This document shows positions 53,289-56,141 of a stretch of DNA of 56,141 nt, piece by piece; position 1 is the stretch's first letter; each line of letters opens with the position of its first letter. The notes beneath the pieces are model-generated. The model was not told the origin of the DNA. It was given only the letters and a program-made list of their open reading frames with translations, and ran no database searches. The translations under genes were made by a program, and so were the position numbers. This DNA comes from Thermoplasmata archaeon (GTDB lineage Archaea > Thermoplasmatota > Poseidoniia > Poseidoniales > Thalassarchaeaceae): NCBI GenBank assembly GCA_002727675.1, contig PBXQ01000057.1, forward strand, positions 1-56,141. The letters run 5' to 3'.

Positions 53289-56141
53289 TTATTCAAATTC
53301 AAAGGAACATGTGTTGCAAATACTAGCACCGGGTGCGTTTACAGTACCACATATTGGACATGTACGGCCATCTTCAGTATTTTCAACTTCAACACTTTCA
53401 TCAGAATCATGACTGTCTTCATTTTCATCGGAAACTTCAGCTGTTCCAGTAATTTGTGCTAATGCGGCATCCATCGTTGCGTTTTCATCATCACTCATTT
53501 CTTCTTCATCAGATTCTGGACTATCTGGTTCATCATGTGAAACATCACCGTCATCAGATTCTAATTCATCATCAGAATCATCATCAGTTGTTTCTTCATC
53601 TTCTGAGCCTTCATCATGTTCATCGTCAGATGTTTCTTCATCTTCAGAGTCTTCATCATGTTCATCGTCAGATGTTTCTTCATCTTCAGAGTCTTCATCA
53701 TGTTCATCATCAGATGTTTCTTCATCTTCAGAGCCATCATCATGCCCATCATCATGCCCATCATCAGAGTCTTCATCATGTTCATCTTCAGAATCATCTT
53801 CAACTGCTTCTACGACTTCAGGCTCGGGTGGAGGTAAATCAACATCCAGTTCGTCACCAAATGTTGCTCCATGGAATTCTTGAGCTTCACTAACCTTGTA
53901 TTCAGCATTCGCGTCACCCACTAACTCATAGATGACCTCAATTCGCTCGTCCTTTTCAATTACAGGAATGTGCCAAGTAACCTTGATTCCATTCTCATCA
54001 TCCATTTTTTCCATTTCAGCTTCCCTAACCCCGGAGGAATCACTTCTTATGTTGTATCCTTTAATTTCAAAAGCACTAGATACAATATCGTGAATCATTA
54101 AATCTTGTAGGGCTGAGTCAGATTTGTTCTTAAACATGATTAAAACTTCATACCTACCTGATCCTCCAGCTGGGTAAACTTCCTTGCCTGTGCTGAATTT
54201 TCTTCTTTTGTGGATTACTCTGATTGTTGGTGCATCATCGTCAACCAATCTCATGGCAACAGGTCCGTATCTTTCGGCACTAAAGTCAGTACGCATTGGG
54301 GCTGAAACCATCTCGTTTTCAGGAGTGGGGTCAGGTGCAACTAATGGGTACTTGATGCTCATAGTTTGGCCTGGTTCCAATCCTACAGGTCCCTTTGTAC
54401 CAATTGTGATTAACATTGTGTGTCCGGCACCGTCGGGGCTTATGTGTTCTTTTTCATGAGTTATTCCTTCACGTACTTCAATATTTAGTTGATTTCTAAC
54501 AAGTTCATTTCCATCTAATGTGCATGAAATTTGTTCAATATCTGGGCTGTTGAAAATCCCAGGTATATCATCAGTTAGGCGCATTAAGTTGATTGTTGCA
54601 GTGCCGGTATTTGTGATTGTGATTTCTGAATTCACAGTTGCTTCACGGTAGGTCCTCAGAATATCCGTAGAGTAATTTTTAGTAACATCTGCTTCTAGAA
54701 CCTTGATATTATATTGTTCTAACTCGATTGAACCTTCAGTTGAATGAGTGACCCTAGGAATTACAGTGAATCCTAGTTCTTGATTGAAATTAGGTTCTTC
54801 TGTTGATGGTACAATTTCAAGTTTACTTTCCCATCTTCCATCCGGTAATACATCTTTTTCTACATCACTAATGTCGAATAATAATTCTTCACTACCTGCT
54901 TGTTTAACCTGTAGCCGAACTAAATCTACTGCGAATGACGAACGGTTCTCGAAAACAGCTTGACATTTCCAATTATCAGGCCTCTCATCTTCTTCAACAT
55001 CCATGTAACTGAAACCACGGCAGAATGCATCTAACTCTACAATATTCATGCCAGATAATGTTGCATCAGCATTATATGTTGCGCTTGTCTTTCCAGCAAC
55101 TACTTCATTAATTGAATCAGTAACTAATTTTGCAGAAAGCGGCAAAGTCCTCTTTCCTCCTGGCGAAATATCTCCCACTTGCCATGTTAATGTGTTTTTA
55201 CCTACGACGTGGCCTTCACCTTCGTCAATGGTGATTTGGTCTGGGATTTCACGAGATACCTCTACATTCGTTAAATCTACAGGCCCTACGTTTTCAACTT
55301 CAATTACAATAGAAATGTTCTGTGGTTCATCTTGACAAATAGCTGAAGTGCTTCTTTCTTGCTCTCTTTCAGGTTTAGTATCAAAACTCTCGCGGACAGC
55401 TAGCATTGTTGGTCCTGAAACACTATAGTTACTCTTATGTTCTTGTCCTGCTTCAAGTTCTTGTAATGGCTTATGGCTATCCTCAACATCAGTAGAAGTA
55501 AGGTTTGAAAGGAAAATATCTATGTCCCACAATCTATCTTTTTCACTAGGGTTGTTAATTGTTAGAAGACCTTCTACATTCTGTTCAACAACTTCGCCAT
55601 CTACAGTCAATGTAGATTTTTCAATTTCATGTAAAGAACCTTCAAGTTTATCTCCTGGGATTTGATCTACTTCACTTATGGTGCGAATTACAGCACCGGC
55701 ATGGTGTATCTCTTCATCAGATGGGTCACTGTCATCATCAATTTCTTCTAACGAATTTTCAATTGAAGAATCCAAGCCTTCAGAAAGATGAGTCTCGCTA
55801 GGCATCAATGGGACAGTTAAATCGTTATTTATTGGTTCATTAGAATCCAATAGTGGTGGTTCTAATGGTGTATCAAGAGCGCCTAAAGATGCTGCAGCAG
55901 AGTCAAGAAGTTCATCCGTAGAATCATCAACGGATGGTGCTAATAAGTCTAATCCAGGTGGGGGTGCAGGGGCTTCAGATTCTAAAGTTGGTTCCTCTAT
56001 AGGATTTAGTAAATCCATTGGAGGTGCAGGTGGCGCTGCATCAATTGGAGGTGCAGGTGGGGCGTCCATTGGAGGTGCAGGTGGTGCATCCATTGGTGGA
56101 GGAGGTGGTGCGGCGTCCATTGGTGGTGCAGGTGGTGCATC
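53289..56141 (-). CDS. Large acidic protein, 5'-truncated by the window: Pro-rich repeats, beta-sandwich (DUF11/Ig-like) core, D/E/H repeats, C-terminal double zinc ribbon
   Basis: Frame stays open to 56141; recurrent I..N.G...L..V...D.IP...W motifs; ends CPICGTVNAPGASICNTCS. Confidence 0.85.
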   Translation of the reverse strand, partial: DAPPAPPMDAAPPPPPMDAPPAPPMDAPPAPPIDAAPPAPPMDLLNPIEEPTLESEAPAPPPGLDLLAPSVDDSTDELLDSAAASLGALDTPLEPPLLDSNEPINNDLTVPLMPSETHLSEGLDSSIENSLEEIDDDSDPSDEEIHHAGAVIRTISEVDQIPGDKLEGSLHEIEKSTLTVDGEVVEQNVEGLLTINNPSEKDRLWDIDIFLSNLTSTDVEDSHKPLQELEAGQEHKSNYSVSGPTMLAVRESFDTKPEREQERSTSAICQDEPQNISIVIEVENVGPVDLTNVEVSREIPDQITIDEGEGHVVGKNTLTWQVGDISPGGKRTLPLSAKLVTDSINEVVAGKTSATYNADATLSGMNIVELDAFCRGFSYMDVEEDERPDNWKCQAVFENRSSFAVDLVRLQVKQAGSEELLFDISDVEKDVLPDGRWESKLEIVPSTEEPNFNQELGFTVIPRVTHSTEGSIELEQYNIKVLEADVTKNYSTDILRTYREATVNSEITITNTGTATINLMRLTDDIPGIFNSPDIEQISCTLDGNELVRNQLNIEVREGITHEKEHISPDGAGHTMLITIGTKGPVGLEPGQTMSIKYPLVAPDPTPENEMVSAPMRTDFSAERYGPVAMRLVDDDAPTIRVIHKRRKFSTGKEVYPAGGSGRYEVLIMFKNKSDSALQDLMIHDIVSSAFEIKGYNIRSDSSGVREAEMEKMDDENGIKVTWHIPVIEKDERIEVIYELVGDANAEYKVSEAQEFHGATFGDELDVDLPPPEPEVVEAVEDDSEDEHDEDSDDGHDDGHDDGSEDEETSDDEHDEDSEDEETSDDEHDEDSEDEETSDDEHDEGSEDEETTDDDSDDELESDDGDVSHDEPDSPESDEEEMSDDENATMDAALAQITGTAEVSDENEDSHDSDESVEVENTEDGRTCPICGTVNAPGASICNTCSFEFE
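53590..53757 (-). repeat. 42-bp coding tandem repeat (~3.5 copies, SEDEETSDDEHDED) followed by a 12-bp repeat x2 (GHDD)
   Basis: Near-identical units at 53608-53649, 53650-53691 and 53692-53733; CCATCATCATGC x2 at 53734-53757. Confidence 0.92.
56013..56141 (-). repeat. 21-24 bp coding tandem repeat encoding (M/I)DA(A)PPAPP
   Basis: GGAGGTGCAGGTGG core repeated up to the window edge. Confidence 0.9.

Noticed and set aside
53590-53757. 42-bp direct repeats as a CRISPR array
   Set aside because: Units are contiguous with no unique spacers, are a multiple of 3, and lie in frame within a CDS; no cas genes in the window
53456-53893. His-rich and Met-rich ORFs (53456-53893 +, 53561-53803 -, 53616-53837 +)
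   Set aside because: Alternative-frame readings of the acidic tandem repeat of the large minus-strand CDS
101-55335. Remaining short ORFs antisense or out of frame to well-supported genes (e.g. 949-1152, 2715-2951, 16103-16573, 28944-29627, 48862-49182, 51809-52234)
   Set aside because: They overlap genes with clear family motifs and show no recognisable features of their own

Overview
Gene-dense, AT-rich archaeal chromosome segment. I infer Thermoplasmatota, Marine Group II/III (Poseidoniales-like), from archaeal information genes mixed with bacterial-type metabolic genes and giant surface proteins. Archaeal core genes: psmB-aCPSF1, rpoL, aEF-1beta, truD, cbf5-cmk-DUF106, trpS, asnS, ZPR1-sepF, RNase P RNA and tRNA-Pro/Lys/His. 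Bacterial-type genes: thyA-folA, plsC, ribA and a DEAD-box helicase. Envelope functions: two RND/MMPL transporters, GT2 glycosyltransferases, a GDSL esterase with TSP3 repeats, an archaeosortase, and a four-gene thiol-disulfide cluster carrying both VKOR and DsbB. I saw no integrase, transposase or CRISPR array. The most intriguing observations are: (i) a large acidic cytoplasmic protein, cut by the right window edge, with a segment resembling a mu/delta-COP homology domain, lying tail-to-tail with a TPR protein that ends in an acidic WxxF motif (a speculative coat-adaptor-like module); (ii) several apparent pseudo-enzymes, most clearly a PdaD paralog lacking its self-cleavage serine and a GT2 paralog lacking its DXD; (iii) three palindromic operator-like sites spaced exactly 20 bp apart upstream of a small HTH protein with a hydrophobic tail. 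All family assignments come from motif recognition by eye; no database search was run.
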